Positions 34,901 through 48,358 of a DNA stretch of 64,000 nucleotides are shown here, piece by piece. The notes beneath the pieces were generated by a model. It was not told the DNA's origin. It saw only the letters and a list, made by a program, of their open reading frames with translations, and did no database searches. Position numbers and translations under genes: made by a program. Within the stretch, counting starts at the first letter, position 1. Every line of letters begins with the position of its first letter. The DNA comes from Macrostomum lignano (lineage: Eukaryota), in the NCBI GenBank assembly GCA_002269645.1, contig NIVC01002435.1, positions 17,149 through 81,148 of the forward strand. Direction: 5' to 3'.

Positions 34901-37578
34901 GATCAGTGGTTCACACGTCTGACCCGTGTCCTGGGCCGAAATACCCAGGTCCTCACGCACATGAAGGCCGATTACCATGGTATACCGTACACTGATTCAC
35001 AATGAGAAAGTCAGGGTCACTGTACACCTCTGTGTGAGTGCATTCCTGCGTTCGTATGTGTGTGTGTGTGCTCAGGGGTTCGAATCAAGTCTACTGCCAC
35101 CTTGATTTGCGGCGGTGCTCTCAAAAGCCCCTTGACAAACTGACTCGTGAGGCTGAGTTGTTAATTAGTCTTTATCCAGTAGAATTCCCACCCCAAGTAG
35201 GAGACGGAAGCGGCCTGGTGAAAGAACTCCTCAGAGAAGTCAGCGTCCACTGCTCACCGGAACTACTGCTGAACTCCGAGGAAGAGTGCTGGATGAAAGT
35301 ATATCGTTTTATTGATATATTGATTTCTTAACTTTTTTAAATAGCTCTGTGATCTACAATCAAAAATTAACCCAGCCGGCCTCTTCTGCGCCAAGCTTTC
35401 TCGAGTGCCTGCGTTTTTCTGAGGTATTCCCGTCATGTTGTCCAATTTAAAATCCCCTTTTTCTCCGGCGTGATGACTTCTCTGTTTGTTGTTTCGCCTA
35501 GCGAAATTGATCCCATTCTACTTCTCTAGTTGTACGTCGGAAGCCTTACAATCGAGATCGCTGTTGGCACACTCCGATTCCTTCTACTCGGTAGAATCTT
35601 CCGCTTCTAGCTCGTATAGTCCTTAAAAATTATGAATAACAGGACTCGAGTATTGCAAAGCTCTATGAATTTGCGAGATGCGCTGCCGCTGGGGTAGGAG
35701 TTCCTGCGTGGTCAGCAAGAGCAGGTGATTTAAACAGACAATCATGCAGAACGCATTTCCGGCATTATACGCTCGTAAATTAAACTAGCCTGTTACTACG
35801 GGGCCGAGGGTGGATTTGTTGGTGTTCGTAGCTTTGCCTTGGTTGAGTTCCAGCGATTGGGTTGAGACCAGTCTTTGAGTCATTTTCCCGCTCTTTCGTG
35901 CGCGTCGGTCCGCAGGCACTCGCTGCGCTCATTAATCTTCGGCTAGCTGTCAACGCATCGCCCTAACTCGCCGTCTCGCCTTTGTCTTCTGTCTGGAATG
36001 AATGGTGGCTGCTGCAAGCTTGTCACGCTTCGGTTGCTTTCCATTGTAGGCCTTCCATTGTATTTAATTTTTTCGCTCTTGCTTCTTATGCCTCTTTATG
36101 CTTTTAATCTGCCCTCGCCTCACTCGACGCTCCCCGGCTGGTACGGCTGTTAGGTAGAGCGGTGATGCAAAACAATTTTACGCAGGGACAAATGCACAAT
36201 CAGCAGGTAAAAGCTTCTCAGTGCATAAAATCGTCAGTTGAAAAGCTGAGAGAATGAGAAGGCGAGGCAGTAAAATGCAAAATGCACACAATGACAGCTG
36301 CAAATAGCCAGACTGAGCCTTGACAAAGATCTATGCTGAAAAAATTATAACAGGATTATAACAGGCAGACATGAATATTGAAGGACGACTGCGCAAAACA
36401 GGACATTGGATAGAATATGCCAGTGGCTACAGAACAGCTCCAGGCTTAATTTGTGCGGCTAAAATCCGTGATGCAGCTCTCACCTGCATTAGGGATCCTC
36501 GGTATTTTTCAAATGAAAAAAAATTGAGTTTAAAGTCTTTCAACCTATACGTAAATTAATTGACTTTTAAGGTACGATCGCATTACGATAGCTCAATCAG
36601 TACAGCAGTTGTTTCGGCACCAGGTTAAGCATGTTCGGCATTCTATAAATTATCAATATCATTCTCAATTTCAACCGGTCGTGTGCTGTCAAGAAGCCAT
36701 AATTGTTATTGCAAAAGATTTCTCTTGTGTGTATTAATTATAAATTACACTAGTAAAGAATTTCCAATTGACTGATTTTAGATTTTCAACCGCAAAATAG
36801 ATGACCAATAAAATCCACAAGGACTGATCTCTGAATGTCTGTTAAAGCTGTCTTGTCCGCAATTTTACTAAAAGATTCAACGCACATCAGATTACATCTT
36901 CAGGAGTACACGATTGTCTTGCTAATTTGAGGGTCTCGCCGCACCCTGCTGCACCCCGATGCCAGTCTGCAAGCAACTGTGTTAGTCAGTTTCGTAGCTT
37001 GATCTTCAACTGCGACTTGGCATAGCGAACGCCGCTATATTGTTTCAAACAATAGGCACAGAAGACACCCCAGTTGGAAACTGAAGCGTCTTGTCTATCT
37101 GGCTGAGGACTTGTGCGCTAGCGCCTGAAGGCCTAAATAAGTGCATGCATAAATAAATGCGGACTCTTTCCTATCATTGCAGCCGTGTGCGGCTGGGGCC
37201 CTTGGCGTGGGGAGATGGGCAGGAATGACAATATTGATCTCAGTTAAGCTGCTGAATAGCGGCAGACAATGGCTTGCTTGCTTGAGGCTTAAAATAAGCT
37301 CGCTCAGTTAGCTGATTCTTGGTGTCAGGCTCGATGAGTAGAGAGAATATCTAAGCATGAAGTACTACGCATATGCCACTCTTCTCCGAGACCCTTGATG
37401 TGGGCCTCTCCTCCGGGTGCGAATGCTCTAACAACGCTCTAAAAGCACCGAACAACAGAGCCAGCGCTAGATAGAAACTTTAAATAAACAGTTAAAGCAG
37501 TTAAAGCTGCCGCTATTTTATTTAGAATCAAGGATAGAGCACTGCGGATACTGCATCAAAATAATCTTCTGCCACCTC

Positions 37579-37586
37579 TATAAATA
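37579..37586 (+). promoter_or_regulatory. Candidate TATA box (same motif in the duplicate at 43329-43336)
   Basis: TATAAATA conserved about 75 nt upstream of the ATG in both copies. Confidence 0.45.
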
Positions 37587-37654
37587 TTTGAAGTAATTTC
37601 TCAAACACCTGGCTTCATAGATTGATGCCAAGCTCACTAGCGCCATAGGCTACC

Positions 37655-40600
37655 ATGGCGACCAAAGAAATGTTCGAAGAGCTGGAATACTACAAAAACT
37701 ACCAGCTGGATGAAGGCGAGATCGACCTGCGCTCCTACCTGCTCGACGTGGAGCACCTGGAGGAGAAGATCCGGTCGGGAGAGTACCCCACCCCTGCCGT
37801 GCTCTCCACCCGGCAGCGAGAGAAAGGACAGCCGCCCAGAGACCCGAGCGCTACGAACGAGCCGCCGTTCCCGCCGCGCCGCCGCAAGGAGGAGATTTTC
37901 GATGCCGCCGCGTACACAGAGAAGGACGCGTACGTCAGGTCGCTGCTGCCGGAGCCTGCAGAGACGGAGGAGAACTTTGCGGCGCGGCTGTTCCAGCAGT
38001 GCAGCTCGAATCTGGACAAGGTCCGAGCTGCCTTCGTCTTTGTGAGCTCCGCCAAGGTGGATGAGCTGGCAGAGGCGAAGAGTGCTTCGAAGCTGTACAG
38101 GCTGGCTCGTGGACTTCGAGTTAACGAGAAGTTCAGTGATTTATTCAAAAAGCTCATGAAGTAAGTTGGCTTTTCGCTTTCAAATCTGATCTTTGATCTA
38201 ATGAATTTGTTTAGCAACCTTCCGATCTGTTTTTGGTATCTAAAGCGAAAAGACGATTTAAATAAGCAGCATGCAGACATCTCAACTACATGATTTTGGG
38301 ATCAAAATTTCCAATGCCTCTAGTTCAAAAGCTTTCTCTTCCTTCTCATATGAACAATAAAACTGTCATCAACGCGCTATATTCTCTAAACCTTAAGCTT
38401 AAGGCCGGCCTTACCTGCTTCAGTCTCGCTGGAGTTCCTATCAAGTGCATCACCGGCCACAAAAAAGGAGCCAGGTTCAAGATCGGCCACGAGGTCACTC
38501 AGTGGACTGCCTGCTGGTTCGCTTGTTACGTTGAAGGAGAGTGGCGCTTTGTTGACCCACACTGGGGTTCCAGAAGTGTTGTGGGTTACAGTCGCGGAGA
38601 TTTCGCTAAAATCGACGATGCCGGAAACGTGCACAGTGCGCAGAAGTCCGACGGGCAAACCAAATATTCTGCTAGGGAGTTTTACTTCTTGCCTGATCCA
38701 GACCAGCTGATCCTTTCGCACTGCCCGAAAGACCCGATTGACGACGAGTGGCAACTCCTGGTCTGCCCACTCAGTGTGGCTCAGTTTGTGAGGATGCCCC
38801 GCTATTTTTCTGGAAGTCCTGAGTTGGCGGAAGACTTCATTACAAAAGTGAAATCCGTCAGTCATCCGTGGAATGTGATCGTGGCAGATCCAGGAAAGCT
38901 TGAATTATTTTTCCACGAATGTGACTGTGAAATCAAGATTTCATCCACCGTCAGCATTCACACCAAGAACGTTACCGAGGACAACCAAGCCGTGATCAAG
39001 GCTACCATCGATCGAATTGGATCCTTATCGAGACCTGCGAAAATGGGAAAAGGGATATTCAAGTTCATATTCGTGCCGCCATGCTCAGGAATGTTTTTGC
39101 TAACGATTTCTCTGCAAATGAAAGCTCCCAGAAAAAGATATTTGGCTGATTTTGTCTCGTACGTCATCCACTGCCCACGTGCGGCGGAAATCCCGGTCCC
39201 TCAAGCCAGAGGCGTTGACCAGCCGTCCTATTTTGGTCCCGGCATCGATCTGGAAAACGCGGGCCTATATACCGATGCCCCTGGAGAAATAAAGGCTAAA
39301 GGTGGCGAGAACTTACTGACTATTGAATGTCCAGACCGGATAAACTTTGTTCCTAGGTGCGAGCTGCTGGATGCTACTAATGAGAGCTTACCGACGAGAA
39401 ATTTACTTATCTGGTCCGTTGGTTCAAAGGTTTTCATATTGCTTCTATCGCCCGACTCCGGCTCGTTCGCTTTGGTGATTTACGATGACGATAGGCCGGT
39501 ATGTCAGTTTCTCATCGACTCTCCGTCAGAGTTTCGGGACGCCAATGAATTCCCGATGCCCGACTTCGACAAGCTGGGCGGTCTGGGCTTCCTTGACAGA
39601 GAGCTGAGCAAAGAACTCCAGCCCCAAAGCCACACCAACCCACACGTTCTCTGCGATGAGTCGACGCTGAATCTGTCGTTCAGGATCAGCGAAATCCAAG
39701 CCGAGATCCAAGCGGAGCTGCTGCACATCGTCTCAGATGGTCGGGGCGAGGTCTCGCGGGGCTACTCTCTTGTCAGCTCCCCATCCAGAGAGCAGTCGAA
39801 AGTGAGCATGAGATTTCCCATCGCTGGTCACTACGTTTTGAGAGTGAACGGTAGACGCAACAGGTCGGAGTCTTGGCGGCCCTTCTGCAACTACTTCATC
39901 CGGGCTGTGGGCGAGCTCAACGGTGAAGCAGAGCAGTTTCCTCAGGCGATGGAAGCCTGGAGCAGTAGAAACCAGCTAGTGCTGCCAACGCAGGGAAGTT
40001 TGCCGCTAAACGAGACAATCCTTTTTGCGGTTCGAGTGAGCGACCCGAGCGTGAACTCCGTAGCACTCGTCACTTCAACTAATTATCGCATTCGAATGCG
40101 CAAGAGCACGAGTGGTCTGTGGAAGGGCAAGCTCACGAGCACTAAAAACCAGGCCGGACAACCTCTCAGAATTGAAAGTGAGACGGCGTCAAATTCAAAC
40201 TCGTGCGGAACTCTTCTCAATTACCAGTTCGAGTCGAACGAGGACAAGAAGATCAGGAACATCAATATCGAGGCTGCAGCTGACCTGAACCAGCGTCGTA
40301 GGAGGAGCGAAAATCTGCGCCAAAGAAAGCAGGAAAACCATGAGCGGGTGGAGAAGGCCTTGGAGCTACTGCCCACCGATCCTGGCGAGCCGGACAGTCA
40401 AACGGTGAGTTGCGCTCATCTAATCCGGCTCAACAACTAGCTCAGAGTGATCCGGCTGTTTGCGCTTATGCCATTCGATATTGGAGTGCCTGTTTCTTGT
40501 TTTCCAGGAACAGAAGAGACTGGAGAGACAGGAACAGCTGGAGAGCAGCTTGCAAGAGTTGAGCCACCCTGACAACAAAAGCACATTCAAGCTGCAGCAT

Positions 40601-41924
40601 AAGACGGTTCAGGCAGCGCTGCTACTGCTTGGTTTCTGTGAAGACGAGACTGAGGTAAATCCTGACTGATTCTTTAGCTCGTACTACGAGTAAAAACATT
40701 TTGTTTTCAAATGGAATAAAGCTGCAAAACATTTTTATCGATTCGCGATCCATCAAGGACTGGGACCGCTGCCGGGCCGCCATGCGGAGGTGCAAGCGGG
40801 AGCAAAAGATGTCAAATCTGGACAAGATAAACCCGAGCATCGCCGCAAGGACGCAGGAGATCCTGAGAAATGTGGACGATAACTATATCAGTCACGGAAC
40901 GACCAAGTATCTTCGCACGTGGGTGAGTGATTGGCACAGTTGAATGACTACCAGATTGTTGCTACTGTCTTATTGCTATGCCGTCTGGCGTAAACAGTGC
41001 TTTAGACAAAGCCCCAATATTCTTTGCTGACTGTTTTATGATTTTATGATTAAGTCTTAAGGCAGTTGTCTCAATATAGGTTACAGAGTCTCTAGATATT
41101 TATGTGTAACAAAAAACCAAAGCCACTGTAACGGGACACCAGAGCTACTGTAACAGGGCACCAGAGCTACTGTAACGGATAGCCAAAGCTACTATAACGA
41201 GTAGCCAAAGCTACTGTAACGGGTAGCCAAAGCTACTATAACGGGTAGCCAAATCTACTATAACAGGTAGCCAAATCTACTATAACGGGTAGCCAAATCT
41301 ACTATAACGGGTAGCCAAATCTACTATAACGGGTAGCCAAATCTACTATAACGGGTAGCCAAATCTACTATAACGGGTAGCCAAATCTACTATAACGGGT
41401 AGCCAAATCTACTATAACGGGTAGCCAAATCTACTATAACGGGTAGCCAAATCTACTATAACGGGTAGCCAAATCTACTATAACGGGTAGCCAAAGCTAC
41501 TGTAACGGGTAGCCAAAGCTACTGTAACGGGTAGCCAAAGCTACTGTAACGGGTAGCCAAAGCTACTGTAACGGGTAGCCAAAGCTACTGTAACGGGTAG
41601 CCAAAGCTACTGTAACGGGTAGCCAAAGCTACTGTAACGGGTAGCCAAAGCTACTGTAACGGGTAGCCAAAGCTACTATAACGGGTAGCCGGGGCGCCAT
41701 AAATTGGCCAGTCGATTGTGGGAAGTCGCCGGCTCTTGCCCCCACCCCTGGTTACCCCTCAAAGAAGCGCGACAACCCCAACTGACCCGAACACGCATCC
41801 GCAGGCGGATGAGACGTCCTCGTCTGCGCTGAAGAAGAGCAGCAAAGCGGAACCCGCCAATAAGGCCAAACAGCGATCAATATTGCGCGTTTCTAACGAC
41901 CTGTTCGAAGCCTGGAAGAAGTAG
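37655..41924 (+). CDS. Hillarin/kyphoscoliosis-peptidase (KY)-like transglutaminase-fold protein, copy 1, about 972 aa. Exons 37655-38160, 38424-40404, 40508-40654, 40758-40922, 41805-41924
   Basis: LAGVPIKCITGHKKG, WFACYVEGEWRFVDPHWG and FYFLPDPDQLILSHCP..WQLL..PLSVAQF are KY/hillarin-type motifs; repeated Ig-like SMRFPIAGHYVLRV blocks; hillarin-like C-terminus VQAALLLLG.CEDET/DW. Exons are phase-consistent (2919 nt). Confidence 0.8.
41122..41690. repeat. 22-bp minisatellite, about 25 copies, last intron of KY-like copy 1
   Basis: Unit aacgggtagccaaa(g/t)ctact(g/a)t; the equivalent intron in copy 2 is only 77 nt. Confidence 0.95.
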
Positions 41925-43407
41925 CGCAGAGTAAATGTGAGCAGCTGAGGCCCGGGCGTAATGAAAATATTTTTCCTTCAAAATTTCCAACTTTAAATTC
42001 AAAATGTTTGTTTTAGATGAATAATGGCTGTTCACCAGACTTTGTTCTTTGTTATTTGAATTTTAACTTTTCCAACCAAAATCAATTATGACTCAATGAA
42101 AAGAACATGGGTGCCTGATAAATGCGGTAGTTTAAGATATTCTGATTGCATTAAATGTCTCAGTACGACAGTGCTTGCGGAACCAGGTAAGCAGGTGCAT
42201 GAAAACTTGCATAACTTGGAAAAGTAGCAGTTGGTGTTGTTCTATTAATGCACTCAGAACTTCTGCTGGACTGAAGACTAGCAGATATAAATCTCAATAT
42301 TTGTTGGTATTATTAATTTTTAACTAATTTATGAGTATATGTATTCGAAAGTTCCCGAATAACCGTACGTTTGATTGCATGTCGGCATCGGCACTCTTCC
42401 ACCGTGCGCGTCATTTTCTGTCACTCCTAATTTTTCTCTTCGAGTTTCTGTTTGGATTGTTGTGTTGTCCGAATGCAGCATAGTTGTACTTGTAATTGCA
42501 AAAGATTTCTATTTTGTCTCAGAATTATAAATGAACGTTAATAAAGAATTTTAAACCGGTCGATTTTCAACCGCAATAAAATCCACGAGGACAGGTCTCT
42601 GAACATGTGGACAGCAATTCTTGTCGAAGTTGTATTGTCCATAATTTTTCCGGAGATCTTAACGCTCATCAGAAAACATTTTAAATAACGCATGGTTGAC
42701 TTGCTAATTCAGGGGTCTCCGTTGCACCCACCGATGCCGTCTGTAAGCAACTGTTTTAGTCAGTTCATGTCCCGATCTTCAATTTGCGGCTTGGCATTGT
42801 GAAGGCCGCTATTGTCTGAGACCTCTCGCAGAGTAGGAGTCGCTGCCACCAGTAACCCCCCACCCCCAGTTTGAAACTGAGGCGCTTTGTCTCTCTGGCT
42901 GAGTACTCATAAATAAAATAAATAAAATCTGAACTCTTTCCTAGCATTATGACTGAAGAATTCGTAGCCGTATGCGGCAGGGGCCCTTGGCGTGGGGAGA
43001 CGGGCAGGAATGACAATTATGTCTTAGTTAAGCTGCCGAATTGCGGCAGACAATGGCTTGCTTGTTTCAGGCTTAAAAAATAAGCTCGATAAGTAGAGAG
43101 AATAGCTAAGCATGAAGTAGAATGCATATGCCACTCTGCTCCGAGACCCTTGATGTGGGCCTCTCCTCCGGGTGCGAATGCTCTAAAATTGATCTAAAAG
43201 CACCGAACAGCAGATCCAGCGCTAGATAGAAATATTAAACAAACCAGCAGTTAAAGCTGCTGCTATTAACTTTAAAATCCGGGATAGAGCATTGCGGATA
43301 CTGCATCAATAGAAAGTTTTGCCATCTCTATAAATATTTAAGGTAATTTTTTCTAGCACAGCTGGCTTCATAGATAGATACCGAGCTCACTAGTGACATA
43401 GGCAACC

Positions 43408-46400
43408 ATGGCGACCAAAGAAATGTTCGAAGAGCTGGAATACTACAAAAACTACCAGCTGGATGAAGGCGAGATCGACCTGCGCTCCTACCTGCTCGAC
43501 GTGGAGCACCTGGAGGAGAAGATCCGGTCGGGAGAGTACCCCACCCCTGCCGTGCTCTCCACCCGGCAGCGAGAGAAAGGACAGCCGCCCAGAGACCCGA
43601 GCGCTACGAACGAGCCGCCGTTCCCGCCGCGCCGCCGCAAGGAGGAGATTTTCGATGCCGCCGCGTACACAGAGAAGGACGCGTACGTCAGGTCGCTGCT
43701 GCCGGAGCCTGCAGAGACGGAGGAGAGCTTTGCGGCGCGGCTGTTCGAGCAGTGCAGCTCGAATCTGGACAAGGTCCGGGCTGCCTTCGTCTTCGTGAGC
43801 TCCGCCAAGGTGGACCAGCTGACAGAGGCGGAGAGCGCTTCGGAGCTGTACAGGCTGGCTCAGAAGCTGCGTACAGTTAACTCTTTCGTCGATTTGTTTG
43901 AGAAACTCCTGAAGTAAGTGGCTTTTAAATGCTTTTATTATCCCAAACGATAAACCATAGGCGTATATACATGTTTTATAAGACATTTTTGTATCATCTG
44001 CACTAATGTGTCTTCATGAAGCTGTAAAGGGAGCGGTGTGGTGTGCTGAACCACGGGGCGCCATTGGAGTTTTAAGACGTCAGCATTGGTGGCGCCAAAG
44101 TATCTGGATAGTTGCTGGGGTACTGCTATAAAGCCAAGTCAGCGGTAAGCGGGAATGGCCATTATTTTCGCGGCCTGATTCGGCTGGCTACGTCTGTGTT
44201 GAGCAGGGTCAAACAAGTCAATTATGCCAGCTCTACAGTGATTGACCAGATGTGTCTGACTGCGGTGGATGGATGGTGGATTTTGCCCATTTGTTTAATG
44301 AAGCTTAGAGGTTTAATGCCTCAAGAGATCTGTAACCAATGGTCAAGTGTTCCGTTAGTCTCCGAATTTACGAGCTACAACAGCAAAACTACCATCTGAG
44401 TTAGTGTTATGGTAAGCCTTCGAGGGACGCATTGCTTCCTCAAGCAGTTCGTTAAGTCCTTGTGTGTACTGACGAAAATCTCATCTGACGATAAGGCGTT
44501 AGGAAAATTCCCTTTTAAAGTGTAGTGGTAAAATAGCAGATTTTATTTATAAATTTTTTGTCTTACGTGCACTTTCTATAGTTCACGAATGTTTCTGTGG
44601 ATTTCAATTACAGCTGTTTCGAAAGTGCTGCAATCAAAAATTACACTATGTATTCTCTTCCTCTCGCAATGCAGGCTTGGACAGGTCCCATATAAACGCA
44701 TCGAAGGTTACAAAAAGGTGGACAGAGTCGGCTATGAGCCCATAAATAGAGACTTTTGGTTTGCCTGCTATGTTGAAGGTGAGTGGCGGTTCGTGGACCC
44801 CAGGCGAGGCTCCGTCGGTATTTTCGGATTCAGCCGCGGAGACTTCCAGGAAATTAGCAACGATGGAAGTGTGAAGGACGCCGAAAAGTCCGAGGGCAAA
44901 ACTGTTTATGATACCAGAGAGTTTTTCTTCTTGACTGATCCCGACAAGCTCATTCAAACTCATTGCCCGCGTGAGGCTTTTCACATCGACTGGCAGCTCC
45001 TGGTGCGCCCGCTCAGCGTCACTGAGTTCAAAAGGATGCCCAGGTTTTTCATCGGGTCTACGGAATCCATCTGCGAATTCATAAATAAACTGAAGCCACT
45101 CAGTCACCCGTGGGAGGTCATTGCGGCTGCTCCTGGTACTACAAAAATTGACTTTCTCAAAGAAGACGACAATATTCTGATCTCATCAAGTGTCGCAATT
45201 CACAAAAAGGACGTTAATGAAAAAAGCAAAACTGCTATTAAGAAAGAATTCGAAAGAAAGGGGAATGAGTGCTTATCAAAGCAGATAAATAAAAAGAATG
45301 GTCGAACTAGAATAAGATTCAAGCCTCCCTGTGCAGGAAAGTTTAAGTTTAACGTTCATCTGCAGCGGAGCGGCTCCAGCCCTAGACCGTTGCTATATGT
45401 CTCGTACGTCATCCACTGTCCAAAGGCTGCCAAAAAGAATCAACGGTTGCCTCAAGGCAAAAGCGAGCTTCCATACTTTGGCCCAGGCGAAGAGATGGAA
45501 AATGCCGGGCTCAACACAAGCGAGGAGGGAGAGATCTACGCAAGCAATGGAGAGCACCTGCTTACGATTACGCGCGTCGATCAGAGACGCCAAGTTCCCA
45601 GGTGTGAGCTGATGAGTGCAACAAACGAGCAGCTGCCGACAAGAAACGTGCTGGTCTGGACTGTCGATTCGAACATTTTCATCCTGTTCCTTTCGCCCGA
45701 CTCAGGCTCGTACGCCCTGGTGATGTATAACGGAGCAGTACCGGTGTGCCAGTTCCTGGTTGACGCTCCCTCTGAGTTCAGAGACGCTTCCGAGTTCCCG
45801 CCGCCCAATTTCAATGAGCTTGGCGGGCTGGGCTTCTTCAACAGCGATCTGAGCCACGCTGTTCAGCCAGAGAGTCACAGCGATCCCCATATTCTATGCG
45901 AAGAGTCGACGCTGAATCTGTCGTTCAGGATCAGCGAAATCCAAGCTGAGATCCAAGCGGAGCTGCTGCACATCGTCTCGGGTGGTCGGGGCGAGGTCTC
46001 GCAAGGCTACGCGCTTGTCAGCTCCCCATCCAGAGAGCAGTCGAACGTGAGCATGAGATTTCCCATCGCTGGTCACTATGTTGTGAGAGTGAACGGAAGA
46101 CGCAACAGGTCGGAGTCTTGGCGGCCCTTCAGCAACTACTTCATCCGGGCTGTGGGCGAGCTCAACGGTGAAGCAGAGCAGTTTCCTCAGGCGATGGAAG
46201 CCTGGAGCAGCAGAGATCAGGTGTTACTGCCAAGACAGAGCGTTCTTCCTGTAGAAGAAACGGTCCACTTTGCTCTCCGAATGAGCAACCCCAACGTGAA
46301 CTCGGTATCGCTTATTGTCAATGAATCAAAGGATACTCGAATCGAGCTGAAAAAGCATGAAAATGGCATGTGGAAAGGTTCAGTAAAGGCGCTTCAAAGT

Positions 46401-47499
46401 GCGTCCGGACAATCAGCTCGAGTCGTCAGCAGCGAGTCTTCAGGAAGCTCCAATGTGTGTGGAAATTTGTTAAACTACCGGTTCGAGTCCGCGGAGGACA
46501 CAAAAATTCGAAATTCTAACAGAAAATCAGCTTCGGAGCTGAACAAGCGACGAAAAATCAGCGAACGGCGGCGAAAGCGGAAGCAAGAAAACTTTGAGTT
46601 GGATGAGATGGCCATGGATCTGCTGCCTGAAGATCCGGGAGAGGAAACTGGGGTCAGTTAGTATTTAATTTTTTAATGGTTATTCGTTGACAACAGTCCA
46701 ATAGTCTTGGCACTGCTGCATTTAGTCTGTTGTGTATGCCGCATAAGCGAGTAGTAGAGACAGTGCAATTTAAAACTTTGAAGACTCTGCTGCATCCAAA
46801 TATTCAGTCTTACCGCCATCTGCTTACGTCTTCCAATCATTGACTGTACAGTCACCTGAATTTTTTCATTTACTCAGAACCAGAATCCGGACAAGACAGC
46901 TCAGCGGGAGCAAACGATGAGGTACTGCTTCAGAACACTGAGTGGGCCCGACTACATCATCGCCTCCGCAGATCAGCACAGGAGTGTTCAGGCTGCACTG
47001 CTTCTGCTAAATCATTGCGAACAGGAAACCCAGGTAACTTCATAAATATATTTTCAACTATTTGCTGCGTAGAAGACAGCAGAAGCAGCTTCAAGAAAAA
47101 TTATTGCAACCATCCACCGAAGGACTGGAGTCGATGTCGCGCCGTGATGAGGTGCATTCTCAGGGAGCAAATTCACCCGGATGTGGACCGAATTCACCCC
47201 AAAATCGCAGAGAAGTCGCTTTCCATTCTGGACAGTTTGCAAGAACTTCGATATAAGGAAACCCTTCAACGACCTGCAGAAACCAATCTCAGGAAGTGGG
47301 TAAGTTTGAAAAGGCATCGAATGAAAAATTCGCAGACACTTATCTGAAACTTCGCTTCGTTCTCTCCAAATTGCAGACAAGGGTACTGGCAAAGGAAGTT
47401 TTACCCAAGGATCCGAATGAAAAACATCCTGCTGCCTCTAGAGCGGATCAGGTGCGAATTATGGAAGTTGATTCCGAAATTATCGAGGCCTGGAAGTAA
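43408..47499 (+). CDS. Hillarin/KY-like protein, copy 2, about 979 aa. Exons 43408-43913, 44675-46652, 46878-47033, 47123-47299, 47377-47499
   Basis: Same motifs (FWFACYVEGEWRFVDPRRG, FFFLTDPDKLIQTHCP) and the same exon phases as copy 1 (2940 nt). Confidence 0.8.
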
Positions 47500-48099
47500 G
47501 AAAAAACTGAATTAACGAATTACGAGCACTTAATTACTAACGAAAAACTCCATAGTCGAAGATTTTTAGCATAGCAGTTTATTTTTTTAGGATAAAACAT
47601 AAAGTCACAGTTGAAACAGTACATTGGTGATATATAATGTTCACCCCATTATCAGGAGTCAGCCGAATGGGAGAACCCTCCGCAACCCGCCACAAGCCTT
47701 TTATGATTAGTAATGAAATTCCCCAAGTAGTTTTTATTATTAGTATTGAAAAAAAGCGCTGTTCACACCGAAAAATTCGGGTCAGGTGTGCATTTTCTCT
47801 CTGTTTTTGAAACACATTCTAGAGCCCTCCTGTACTTCTATCAACACTGCGCTCACTTTTTTGCTTGAGGGTCACATCATACTTATCGCCCAATGATAAC
47901 CTCTACATCTGAGTTTTGCTATATGTTTTAGTTAAACGTAGATATGACAGCTTCAAAGGAAAAATTACCCAGGATTTGATTTACCGTAGTAATATTCTTT
48001 TTTATCCCAGAAAATCCTTATACCTGCGATTTATATAAGACGAAGCATGCCTTTCTTGGAAGCTACGATTATAAAGACTCGGAACTTGGGCCTCGACAG

Positions 48100-48358
48100 G
48101 GGTTGACATTGGGGTTGGTGGTGTGTGCGGGGCAGGGGTTGGCAGTGGGATGAGTGGTGGGTGCGAGGTAGGGGTTGGCAGTGGGGTTGGTGGTGTGTGC
48201 GAGGTAGGGGTTGGCAGTAGGGTTGGTGGTGTGTGCGAGGTAGGGGTTGGCAGTGGGTTTGGTGGTGTGTGCGAGGTAGGGGTTGGCAGTGGGGTGCGGG
48301 GAGGGTGCGGGGCAGGGGTTGACAGTGAGGCTGGTGGTGGGTGCACTGTAGGGGTTGG
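48100..48358. repeat. 36-bp G-rich minisatellite, about 7 copies
   Basis: Unit ggggttggcagtggggttggtggtgtgtgcgaggta. Confidence 0.9.

Larger units (their letters stand above)
36700..47499 (+). repeat. Tandem segmental duplication, offset 5753 bp (gene plus about 1 kb of upstream DNA)
   Basis: ATGs at 37655 and 43408; upstream blocks recur (gcaaaagatttct, gggcccttggcgtggggaga, ctccgagacccttgatgtgggcctctcctccgggtgcgaatgctctaa). Confidence 0.93.

Noticed and set aside
32731-35445. Scattered GC-rich short ORFs (32731-32970, 34355-34642, 35038-35331)
   Set aside because: Could be exons, but I could not build a phase-consistent model or recognise a domain.
24658-41924. Genome-wide TAG reassignment explaining the two in-frame TAGs
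   Set aside because: TAG at 41922-41924 is a genuine stop, since the paralog ends at nearly the same position with TAA. Other genes here show no internal TAGs.
37710-46076. Antisense and alternate-frame ORFs over the KY-like genes
   Set aside because: Shadows of GC-rich coding sequence with no independent signals.
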